This document shows, in pieces, positions 24,501 to 33,489 of a stretch of 64,000 bases of DNA (positions within the stretch are counted from its first letter, which is position 1; each line of letters starts with the position of its first letter). The notes under the pieces are model-generated. The model did not search any database and was not told the origin of the DNA. It saw only the letters and a program-made list of their open reading frames with translations. The stretch spans positions 14,496,275 through 14,560,274 of the forward strand of contig NC_134032.1 of the NCBI RefSeq assembly GCF_964204645.1, given 5' to 3'. The position numbers and the translations under genes were made by a program. This DNA comes from Tubulanus polymorphus. Its lineage: Eukaryota; Animalia; Nemertea.

Positions 24501-25434
24501 TCTCAGGCACTTTACGTTTTCATCACATGTCCGACCACGATAACCTTATTACTAATGTCTATTTATTAATTGATGAGACCTGTTTTTCTTGGATATTTTG
24601 CTTACTTTTTGGGGTACATACCTCATTAATGTTTTAACAGAATGCCAAAAATCGCGGACAACAACTGAATATCCGATATATTTCCAGTTCTGTACCAATT
24701 AGAAGGATTGGCAAAAAGACTCCTTAAGTTTAATTGAATGAGAGAGAAAATCCTCCATTTTGTCAAATTTCTTGAATTTTTACATTGTCACCATGCCTAC
24801 GAAATGAAGTTATATTTCTTGTGGGGTCTCAACAACTAAATCAGGGTGGCGTAGGCATGGTAACAATGTTCAAATCCAAGAAATTTGACAAAATGGAGGA
24901 TAACTAGGCCTATCTAATTCGTAAATATCAATTTGTAGGCTCGTCACGGGGCCTCGAATTCACCGAATTCAAGATATTCAAGGCACAGTAAAAACGAACC
25001 AGAAAATATACTATAGCTGTTTTAATCTTGAGCAACGGCGCTAAAGATACCGAGGCCCAATATGTCTGCAAACAGCTTTCTAACCACTTAATTCTGTAAG
25101 GTTAAGACCGTACAGTTTTACTTTCAAGATAATAGAACTGGTCTATAAAACTAGCAAGCACTCTAGGTTACACACGAGAGCTAGCCTGGCCATAATAGGC
25201 TAATAGTAAAAGCTTTAATAATAAATCTACATGAGTGGCTTAGACAGATACGGCTTTTTAAATCTTTAAGTGAATTTAAATCCCAGGTCAAGTTCGCATC
25301 ATCCTATAAAACAACTCAAGACTCCCTGCCCACATCATCATAAGTGATTAAATACTCAAAAAGTTAGGACACATACTTACGATGAGCTTCACGAAGTAGT
25401 TAGCTTTCCAGGTGGATCGGTCTTCCTTGACCAT
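18567..25434 (-). CDS. RPLP0: 60S acidic ribosomal protein P0 (uL10), 7 coding exons
   Basis: Exons 25434-25381, 22984-22809, 21561-21327, 20581-20473, 19929-19853, 18944-18804 and 18725-18567 are all GT-AG and in phase. The protein runs [14 protein letters not shown]...[11 protein letters not shown]...[15 protein letters not shown]...[10 protein letters not shown]. Confidence 0.98.
19318..19453 (-). ncRNA. Box H/ACA snoRNA, SNORA9-like (28S sites equivalent to human psi1683 and probably psi1782)
   Basis: H box AAATGA, ACA+tct. The 3' pocket (AGC/TCCTGAGGG, 14 nt from ACA) fits 28S CCCUCAGGA-U-A-GCU. The 5' hairpin (ATTTAGAGTT/GAATAAG) approximately fits CUAUUC-U-C-AAACUUUAAAU. Confidence 0.75.
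19513..19644 (-). ncRNA. Box H/ACA snoRNA candidate, target unresolved
   Basis: Hairpin tcctgt/acagga, H box ATATCA, second hairpin with upper stem aactgatttca/tgaattcggtt, ACA+atg; about 132 nt. Confidence 0.55.
19681..19824 (-). ncRNA. Box H/ACA snoRNA candidate (5' pocket fits 18S CGGUUC-U-A-UUUUGUUGG)
   Basis: Hairpin ttcctgt/acaggaa, H box ATACGA, second hairpin gttaa/ttaac, ACA+gat. Confidence 0.6.
20010..20084 (-). ncRNA. Box C/D snoRNA, snR57-type, copy A
   Basis: Near-identical (1 substitution) to 20344-20418 and in the same intron, while the flanks are unrelated. Confidence 0.82.
20344..20418 (-). ncRNA. Box C/D snoRNA, snR57-type (18S site equivalent to yeast Gm1572), copy B
   Basis: Stem ttgtg/cacaa; C ATGATGA, C' TTGATGA. 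The D guide GAATTCCTCGTTA-CTGA is antisense to 18S AACGAGGAAUUC. Confidence 0.82.
20680..20965. mobile_element. MITE with 23-bp TIR GGGGCTCGTATCAGAGTTGTAGG, in RPLP0 intron 4
   Basis: Perfect terminal inverted repeat; a related end fragment lies at ~26767. Confidence 0.75.
21177..21298 (-). ncRNA. Orphan box C/D RNA with long internal hairpin (RPLP0 intron 4)
   Basis: Stem tgtct/agaca; C ATGATGA, D' CCGA, C' AAGATGA, D CTGA. Internal stems cgaaccgc/gcggttcg and ggcgttgg/ccaacgcc. Confidence 0.7.
21651..21744 (-). ncRNA. Box C/D snoRNA, SNORD29/snR71-like, copy 1 (intron 3)
   Basis: gtagcaATGATGA-TTTGAGCCCAGCTCGC-T-TTGA...CTGAgctac. The 16-nt guide pairs (with G-U) to 28S GUGAGCUGGGUUUAGA, and D'+5 falls on the A equivalent to human Am4523/yeast Am2946. 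The 3' end lies about 90 nt from the exon acceptor. Confidence 0.85.
21999..22092 (-). ncRNA. Box C/D snoRNA, SNORD29/snR71-like, copy 2 (intron 3)
   Basis: Same 94-nt unit. Confidence 0.82.
22347..22440 (-). ncRNA. Box C/D snoRNA, SNORD29/snR71-like, copy 3 (intron 3)
   Basis: Same 94-nt unit. Confidence 0.82.
23280..23373 (-). ncRNA. Box C/D snoRNA, SNORD29/snR71-like, copy 4 (intron 2)
   Basis: Same 94-nt unit as the other copies. Confidence 0.82.
23620..23713 (-). ncRNA. Box C/D snoRNA, SNORD29/snR71-like, copy 5 (intron 2)
   Basis: Stem gtagc/gctac; C ATGATGA; D' guide TTTGGGCCCAGCTCGC; D CTGA. Slightly diverged from the other copies. Confidence 0.8.
23775..23916 (-). ncRNA. SNORA8: Box H/ACA snoRNA, SNORA8-like (18S sites equivalent to human psi1056 and psi1081)
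   Basis: Two hairpins, H box AAATAA, ACA+3 nt. The 5' pocket (GGTATCT/TCGT) fits 18S ACGA-U-C-AGAUACC. The 3' pocket (GCATCGTT/TGG) fits CCA-U-A-AACGAUGC and lies 14 nt from ACA. Confidence 0.82.
24454..24533 (-). ncRNA. Box C/D snoRNA, predicted guide for the 28S site equivalent to yeast Um898 (snR40-type)
   Basis: Stem cggacat/atgtctg; C GTGATGA, D' CTGA, D CTGA. The D guide TTCTATACTCAAGTTT pairs (with G-U) to 28S AACUUGGGUAUAGGG, with D+5 at the first U. The D' guide target was not identified. Confidence 0.8.
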
Positions 25435-25785
25435 CTTTGCGGTTCAGGGAGATCTTACGGTTTAAAGACACGACCAAAACAATTTATGCTGGAAAAAATA
25501 TATAACACGAAATTCAAGCATTTGTCCAAAATTTTTGTATTTCTTTCCAATCTCAGGCCACACCACCTGATATCTCTAATTTTCTTCATTTTCACCAAAA
25601 AAAAATTTTTATTTGATGCCGACAAAAATGTTAAGTTAAATGAAATCGATATTCCAAATCTTGAAAGCATTTATCAAAAATGTTCACTATTTTTGGCTAT
25701 TTGAGCACTATCTAATTATATCTGGAAACCACTCTGAAATACTGAAGAGGTACAGTGTCCCCAGCCCTCCAATAATGAGGATTAA

Positions 25786-25942
25786 TTCTCTCAGACAAAT
25801 GCCTCGAATAAGCAGCACAAATAGAAGTCGATATTGAATAAACCGAAGCAACCGCGAGGCATAAAACACACCCGGTGCGGACCCCGAATTTAAACAAATC
25901 AAAATCAAATCAGACTCGTCATCTTTGTGTCATCACCGAGAA
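25786..25942 (-). ncRNA. SNORD15: Box C/D snoRNA, SNORD15 (U15)-like, in RPLP0 intron 1
   Basis: Terminal stem ttctc/gagaa; box C GTGATGA; D' guide GATGACGAGT-CTGA and D guide GAGGCATTTGT-CTGA. Both guides are hallmark U15 elements antisense to 28S CAAAUGCCUCGUCAUC. Confidence 0.9.
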
Positions 25943-26341
25943 TTAAAAAATGGATCAACAAATTCTATAATTAGAAATTCAAGCAGCTCCATAAAATACA
26001 ACTTCCGACCTAACCCGACCCGGGGCTATTATAAAGAGATAATATTTCTTATTTTGTTTATTGACTTAAATTGTTTAGCTAAAAATCTAGCGTAAAATCA
26101 CCGAAGCGGCGTGGTCGCGCAGCCGCCATTTGCGGAGCGACGCTAACCAACCAACTAAAAAGCAAATTTCTCGAGTTAAATACCCGGTCAAAAACTGATG
26201 TTGCGCCATACTAATATTCTAATTTTCTTGCTTATTTCGTTCACTAGATTAAGATCGATGTTTAATTGATAGTTTCGAATGATTAAACCGTAATAAAGTT
26301 CGTTTTCAAGTTGAAATGCGGGAGCTCAGACCGGCACGTAC

Positions 26342-26372
26342 CTTGCCTTCCGAAAATGGCGTGCAAAGAGAA
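26342..26372 (-). promoter_or_regulatory. RPLP0 non-coding first exon with TCT initiator / 5'TOP-like start
   Basis: The minus strand reads ttCTCTTTGCACGCCATTTTCGGAAGGCAAG|gtacgt: a pyrimidine-tract start typical of ribosomal-protein genes, then a donor that can splice to the acceptor at 25488. Confidence 0.75.
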
Positions 26373-27310
26373 TGAGACCCACGTTTAACGATGGTTCATC
26401 TACTCACCGTTTGATGGCGCCACTGATGAGATTCTATCCTCGCGTGCCGCAGATACTTTTGAGCGAATAAAGGATGGCTCCGACACTATGAGGCACCTCG
26501 GTGTGCAGATAGTGGAAATTCGATGAAGGTCGTCGGGTGAAGGGCTATCAGAATTTCTGTAATTTCCCTTCAAAAAACTACATTTTGCAACAGGTAAAAA
26601 CCATTTTAAAACTGCCGTCATCGTCCGATGAAATGAGGGGTTCATGATGCCATCAGTCAGTCACTGTTGGTCAGGGGTACCTCCTTGAGTTGACCTTACT
26701 CCTCGATTCCTTGAAAACTCCCAAACAGTAATTGTATTATTGCACACACATTACCACGATTCACACGGGGCTCGTCCATCAAGAGTTGTAGATTAATGTG
26801 CTTTTGTTAAAAAGAAAAAGGTGCTTGAATTGAGGAAGATGCCTGAAACTCCTTAAAAACTCCTTTGCTTAAATTTTGAGACATTAGCAAGTAGAACTAT
26901 TCGTAACATAACCCTTTCAGTGCTGACTCCCAAAAGTGTTTAAGATTATTTGAAAATTTGTTAAAAATTCCATCCCAGTGTGTTGTATTCTGGGGGCATA
27001 CCGCTTTAGTGCGTCTACACCGCAGTGCAGCGTATCGTTAGTTACTAATTTTTCAACGATGGTTGCCAGGTAACTGCCATCTTTTGCCAATGCGATGCGG
27101 TGTACTAGCAAAGTCCATCACCGATTTATACACTGCAATACAGTGAAGACGCACTGAAAGGGTTAACTGCCAAATGTTGGTTATCGACCTTTAGACTAGT
27201 TAGTTAGATTGGTTCTTGAAGTTTCGGGTTTAAGGAAAAAAGGAAACAGATTCTGTAAAATTCGTATATATAATTTCAGTTATATAATATTGTGAGAGCG
27301 TTGATTCAAG

Positions 27311-29176
27311 ATGGCCGCCACCACTGCTGCTGCTGATTCGTCAATAAAGAGACAACATGTATCATCAGACTTTATACAGCTGAGTGGAATACCTACACAT
27401 GTGATGAAATACGGCAAATTAGATTTAAACCCTGACAAATATCTGATTCTAGTTATACCAGGTAATTACTACTTAAAAGGGATGTCTGGGTGTATCAGGG
27501 TGTCCTGAATTCAAACCCAGTCTGGTCTGGGTGAATAAGAGTGTCCCGGGTTCGAACCCAGTAACTACTCGCGCTGAGAGGATAAACAGGGATGTCCCGG
27601 GTTCGAACCCAGTACGATCTGGGTGTAATGGGGTTTCCCGGGTTCAAACCCAGTCTGGTCTGGGTGTATTGGGGTGTGGGGTTCGAAGCCAGTCAGGTCT
27701 GGGTAAACAGGGATGTCCCGGGTTCGAAGCCAGTCTAATGACATCAGTAGTAGAATGATTTTATGTATTGATTTTTGACAGGTAACCCTGGTATCATAGA
27801 ATACTATGAACACTATATGGAAGAGTTATTTACTCAGTCAAACTGTCAGATTCCAGTTTGGGGAATCGCTCATGCTGGACATGTTAAAGTTCCTAAACAT
27901 ATTAAATATTCAGGTAGGATCTACTCTTATTTCATTCTCTTTCTCCGTGTGAATATTGGTTATTTTGACCAAAGAATTGACATCCAGGACCCAGTTCTAC
28001 AGTTCCTGATACCAGTTCCACAGTTCTGGACCCTGTTCCACAATTCTAGATCCAGTTCCACAGTTCTGGAGTCAGTTCCTCAGTTCATGACCCAGTTTCA
28101 CAGTTCCTGATACCAGTTCCACATTCTGGACCCAGTAACACAGTTCTAGATCCAGTTCCACAGTTCCCAATTCCACTCTTACAGTTCCGGACCCTGTTCC
28201 ACAGTTCCTGATACCAGTTCCACATTCTGGACCCAGTAACACAGTTCTAGATCCAGTTCCACATTGTGAACCCAGTTTGTAAAACTTAAAATTAGTTCAT
28301 CATATCTGATATTATAACTCGTAGAACCGGCAATTGTGGAAGTGGATCATCCTGGTTTTGTAAATACTGATTCGAATTCGATCAGCAAATTGATGATGTC
28401 ATAGGTGGATTTTTACAAACGACATTTTATCTAGAAAATACCGCGTTTTAAAAACTGTGCGTCTCGTTTTTCTAGAGCCGGACGCCGATGTTTATTCGTT
28501 GGACGGACAAATCGCGCATAAAATCGAGTTCATCGAACGTCACGTTCCTCGCGACGCGAAACTAATCTTCGTATCGCATTCGATCGGCAGCCGCATCGCG
28601 CTCGAAATCATGAAACGTAAACCGGAATTAAACGTCGTCAAATCGTTACTGTTATTCCCGACGATCGAATACATGGCCGAATCGCAACACGGTCAAATCG
28701 CGTTTCCGTTGTTACGATATCTACGTTGGCTCGCGATCCTGATCGTGACGATTTTATCGTATCTATCGCCGATCGTACAATATCGGATCGTGCGCTGGTA
28801 TTTCCAGACGCGCGCCGTCGCCCGATGCGCGTACAACGCCAGTTTGAACCTGTTCGATCCGATATCGGCGTGTAACTCGATGTATCTCGCGTTGAAAGAA
28901 CTGGAGCAGGTCCGCGAACCGGATCTGCAAACGATCGGTCGCTATAGCGAACGTTTGATCGTCTATTACGGCGCGGTCGACCACTGGTGCCCTCTAGCGT
29001 ATTACGAGCGAATGAAAGAGCGGTTTCCCGCCGCCGAAATCTATCTATGTCAACAGGGATTCGAACACGCGTTCGTACTCGAGAGCAGCGAACAGATGGC
29101 TGAAATGTCGTGGCATTGGATCGCACGCGTCGTCGGACATTCGAATAATCCCATCGGCGACGCTATCAATTCATAA
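27311..29176 (+). CDS. LDAH: Lipid droplet-associated hydrolase (C2orf43/UPF0554 alpha/beta hydrolase), 3 exons
   Basis: Exons 27311-27461, 27782-27913 and 28476-29176 are in phase. Motifs: IPGNPG, HAGH, YSLDGQIAHK, SHSIG, LLFPTIE, D.WCP, HAFVL. Confidence 0.93.
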
Positions 29177-30296
29177 ACCGTCATCGTTTTTCTAAAACTA
29201 ACTTCTTCCGAAATACGATTTTAAAATCAACCGAACGAGCGAAAAACGGTTTTTTGAGGACGTCTTTTTTTTAGATGCTGCAAAAACTTAAAAATGAGTT
29301 TCACTGTGATTTAAGATACAAATAACAAACCACAGTTTCATGAAAATATTTGACTTAACAATTTTTCGATTAATTGCTGAATTCTTTACTTCATGTTTTC
29401 AATGGAGGACAAAAATTCGAAACTTAACCGTTTTCAGGTTAAACTGTTTGATGAAACTGGACCCAGTTCCACAGTTCTGGGGTTAAGATTTAACTATAAA
29501 AGTCATGTACCAAGAACTTGAATTCATAGAGGGCGATATTCTTCTTGGCAAGTTACTCCTTTCAAAATTTTTGGTTATTCTTCACTAAATCAATAACTAC
29601 TTGTAATTTGCCCCAAAATATGAGCTTTATATTGATTAGTCATTTGGATAAGAGCTTTATTGTATAGAAAATGAAATTATTAATGTTGGTTTTGATGGTT
29701 TACTCATCCATTCAAGGTTTCTCTACCTTTCAACCAGCGCAGGGTTAGCGGTGTTTTTGGTTGTTGAAATAATAATCGGGGCCATATTTTTCTGTGATTA
29801 AATGTTGATTATCTTTATCTACTGCGAGAAATAAAGACATTTTTTACAATCTGAAAAATATCATTGATTTTAAGTATCTTCATTATCGTATTGTCTGATA
29901 TCTCAGTGGCGCCATCTGATGGGATAGTTGGTAGGGTCAAATTGCTGCTGAAAACATAGCAACGGTTTCTTTGAATGCTCTATTCTGATTGGTCAGATAA
30001 GGTCATTTAGCAACCAGTTGCGTATCCAAGTAACTGCCTGTTATTTGTGTCAAAGCAACCGTCGCTGGTCAAATCTTGTTTCAACTTTGTGAGGATTATT
30101 TGTAGGACAGAATTATGGGAATTTCGCTGGGATTGCGGTTGGTAGCTTTCGGTTATCGTGTCGTGCTTAGAATCAACATCAGCAACCTGTTCTTCTGATT
30201 CGCGCATCGTCATTCCATCTGAGGTTTCGTCGAGATTTAATTTTGCAAAAAACTTTGTAAAAATCTTTTTTTTAAACAAACCGTTTCTTTCACAAA

Positions 30297-30978
30297 ATGG
30301 ACGATATGATGGTAGATAATTTGGATGATACCGGAGAGGACAGTTTAACCGATGATGAGGAATTAAATGAGGAATTAAACGATGAAATAGATTTACCCGG
30401 CGTTGGTGCTGGGGACGCCGGACCAATCAGACAAACACGCGATTTCAACTTTTTCGATCCTCTGCAATGGCAGACGCGATCTCATCACCATGGAAACAAC
30501 GATCGTTCATTGTTGCGGTATTTAATCAGCGATATTCTGTTGTATCAAACTCATTCAACTCTCCGTAAGTTTTACCCATTTATTTAACCCTTTCAGTGCG
30601 TCTACACCGCAGTTACCGGATAGTTCCATTTTTTTTTCTCGCGCGATGGTCGACAATCTATTTTATCTGTACGTGACTTTTTCAGTTGATAATGATATAA
30701 CGACAAGTCGCCCATGCCCGAGAGAGCGTGCCCGGGTCCGCCGGGCGCGGCTACGGTATTATCAGTACGTAACACCCTCTTCTACCGCGACATCGCCCGA
30801 TGAAGATGATTCTACTTGGATGAATGTCGTCGGAGCGCTCCAACCCCGGTGGCGGCCGGTTCAATTAGGTCATGGATACGAGTACATCCTATGGTCGATG
30901 TGTTGGTTCGGTTATGTTTGGATAATGTTGTTTTTCGCGTGGAAATCTTATCAAATTCTGACAATCAGACCGATCTAA
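30297..30978 (+). CDS. Unrecognised ~186-aa protein with acidic N-terminus and C-terminal TM helix, 2 exons
   Basis: Exons 30297-30564 and 30686-30978 join in phase (CTC C|gtaagt...tttcag|TT GAT). Good Kozak context (aaaATGG). Hydrophobic tail YILWSMCWFGYVWIMLFFAW. Confidence 0.6.
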
Positions 30979-31792
30979 ACCATAATCAACTGGAATGTCA
31001 TAATCTATCATACATCAAAATAAACAACTTGCTTTCAGACGTGATTAAACGCTTATATTTCTGAGATGAAAAGTTACGAGGATGGTAGACAGAGGGCGCC
31101 ACTTTCATTTGACTTACTTTTCCCCGGCATGTACCTGAGTCAAAGAATCTTATCGATCAGTCAAATACGTAAAGCATAGATGGAAACTGTTTATACACTA
31201 ACAATCTCTTTCCTCCGATTTTAGCTTTTGTTCACAAAATTCCCCCAACTATTCCCCGATTCCAAGTAAGTGGCGCCACCCTACTAGACTCAAGTGGTTA
31301 TTGGAAGGCAGGGGTCCAACAGCCACAACGGAGGCCACAAGACTTTTTCATAAATACAAGGTTCGATCTAAGGAAATTGGAATAAACGCCACTTACCCAT
31401 AGGGCAAGCATATCTGAAATTTCGCTTACCCCCTCAAAAATGAACTTGCCCTACACAGGCAGTCCGATTGGCGGCACAATCATCCGTTGTATCAAGTGGG
31501 GGAAAAGCTTTGAGATAAATTATTGCACTCGCGGGCAATCGAACAAGTGCTTAGATCGGACCATGTATACAACACGACGCCACCTAGTGACAAAAATGTC
31601 TTGAAACTAAACAAAACTACCGGTAAATTTTCTCATACATTTTCTATAACCACAAGTAAATCTTTATTTTCTCAATAATAATATTACTGTTAACATCGTA
31701 CACATCGCACCATGAAATATATTTTATATTCATATTTATCTGTATATTTATATATTATATTCATATTTATCTGTATGATTTTAAAATGACTA

Positions 31793-32334
31793 ATGTCTAT
31801 TTATTAATTGATGAGACCTGTTTTTCTGGGATATTTTGCTTACTTTTTGGGGTACATACCTCATTTATGTCTTAACGGAATGCCAAAAATCGCGGACAAC
31901 AACTGAATATCCGATATATTTCCAGTTCTGTACCAATTAGATGGATTGGTAAAAAGACTCCTTAAGTCCAATTGAATGAGAGAGAAAATCCTCCATTTTG
32001 TGAAATTTCTTGAATTTTTACATTGTCACCATGCCTACGAAATGAAGTTATTTTTCTTGTGGGGTCTCAACAACTAAATCAGGGTGGCGTAGGCATGGTA
32101 ACAATGTTCAAATCCAAAAAATTTGACAAAATGGAGGATTTTCTCTCTCATTCAACTGGACTTAAGGAGTCTTTTTGCCAATCCATCTAATCGGTACAGA
32201 ACTGGAAATATATCGGATATTCAGTTGTTGTCCGCGATTTTTGGCATTCCGTTAAGACATAAATGAGGTATGTACCCCAAAAAGTAAGCCAAATATCCCA
32301 GAAAAACAGGTCTCATCAATTAATAAATAGACAT
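31793..32334. mobile_element. Foldback MITE with ~250-bp arms, TA-flanked (truncated copy 24553-24901)
   Basis: TA|ATGTCTATTTATTAATTGATGAGACC...GGTCTCATCAATTAATAAATAGACAT|TA; near-perfect palindrome. Confidence 0.85.
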
Positions 32335-32569
32335 TACACACATCTATGGCGTACACACATACGGAGATTGAAAAAGATCCGTTCGGGAAAGAAAATGTTA
32401 ATTCATCAGATTCTGCGATCACGGCTACAACAGCCAAACAACAGTGCATCCAGGACCAGTTAGTTATACAGTCATAGCTTCAAATTAAAACCAATCATTT
32501 TAGTTGTATAGCCTTACAACTTAAGGTCAGTACTTAAGACCAGTCAAAGCATTTTGGATCTGTAACCAA

Positions 32570-33215
32570 TCAAACAACTTAAGACCAGTCTTAGTTCGAT
32601 TTGGTTCTATAACCAATCTAACAATTTAAGACCAGTCTCAGCTCATTGTGGTTCTATAGCCAATCTAACAACTTAAGACCAGTCTCAGCTCATTTTGGTT
32701 CTATAGCCAATCTAACAACTTAAGACCAGTCTAAGCTCATTTTGGTTCTATAGCCAAGCAACAACTTAAGACCAGTCTAGGCTCATTTTGGTTCTATAGC
32801 CAATCAACAATTAAAGACCAGTCTAGGCTCATTTTGGTTCTATAGCCAACCAACAATTTAAGACCAGTCTAGGCTCATTTTGGTTCTATAGCCAAGCAAC
32901 AACTTAAGACCAGTCTCAGCTCATTTTGGTTCTATAGCCAATCTAACAACTTAAGACCAGTCTAAGCTCATTTTGGTTCTATAGCCAAGCAACAACTTAA
33001 GACCAGTCTAGGCTCATTTTGGTTCTATAGCCAATCAACAATTAAAGACCAGTCTAGGCTCATTTTGGTTCTATAGCCAACCAACAATTTAAGACCAGTC
33101 TAGGCTCATTTTGGCTCTATAGCCAAGCAACAACTTAAGACCAGTCTCAGCTCATTTTGGTTCTATAGCCAACCAACAATTTAAGACCAGTCTAGGCTCA
33201 TTTTGGTTCTATGAT
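32570..33215. repeat. 46-47-bp minisatellite (~14 copies)
   Basis: Unit AACTTAAGACCAGTCTAGGCTCATTTTGGTTCTATAGCCAATCTAAC. Confidence 0.92.
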
Positions 33216-33489
33216 AAATCTAATAACTTAAGATAAGATTTAAGACCACTGTTTGACAACAACAGTCTATCGCGACTGCAACTGGACTCAAGTTCTCAAA
33301 AGATGCATCATTGAAACGTGAATTCTGTACAGTGTATTTTCTAATGGGGCTCGCCGCGCTGAGCGCTGCCGCGAGATGGCGCGCGCGTGTTAGTGGCCCT
33401 AGTGATTTGAATTTGAATTGTAAACAACATTTTATTCATCTCCGCGTTCGAGCGAATTGACGATTTGAAAAGCGCTTGAATCTATTATA

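Noticed and set aside
28638-29126. 162-aa minus-strand ORF
   Set aside because: It is the antisense shadow of the CpG-rich LDAH exon 3.
30520-30545. BH3-like motif in the orphan protein (LRYLISD)
   Set aside because: The spacing does not fit L-x-x-x-G-D.
32570-33215. CRISPR-like regular repeats next to a nuclease gene
   Set aside because: The units are head-to-tail with no unique spacers, derive from a MITE interior and lie outside the transposon TIRs. The context is eukaryotic.
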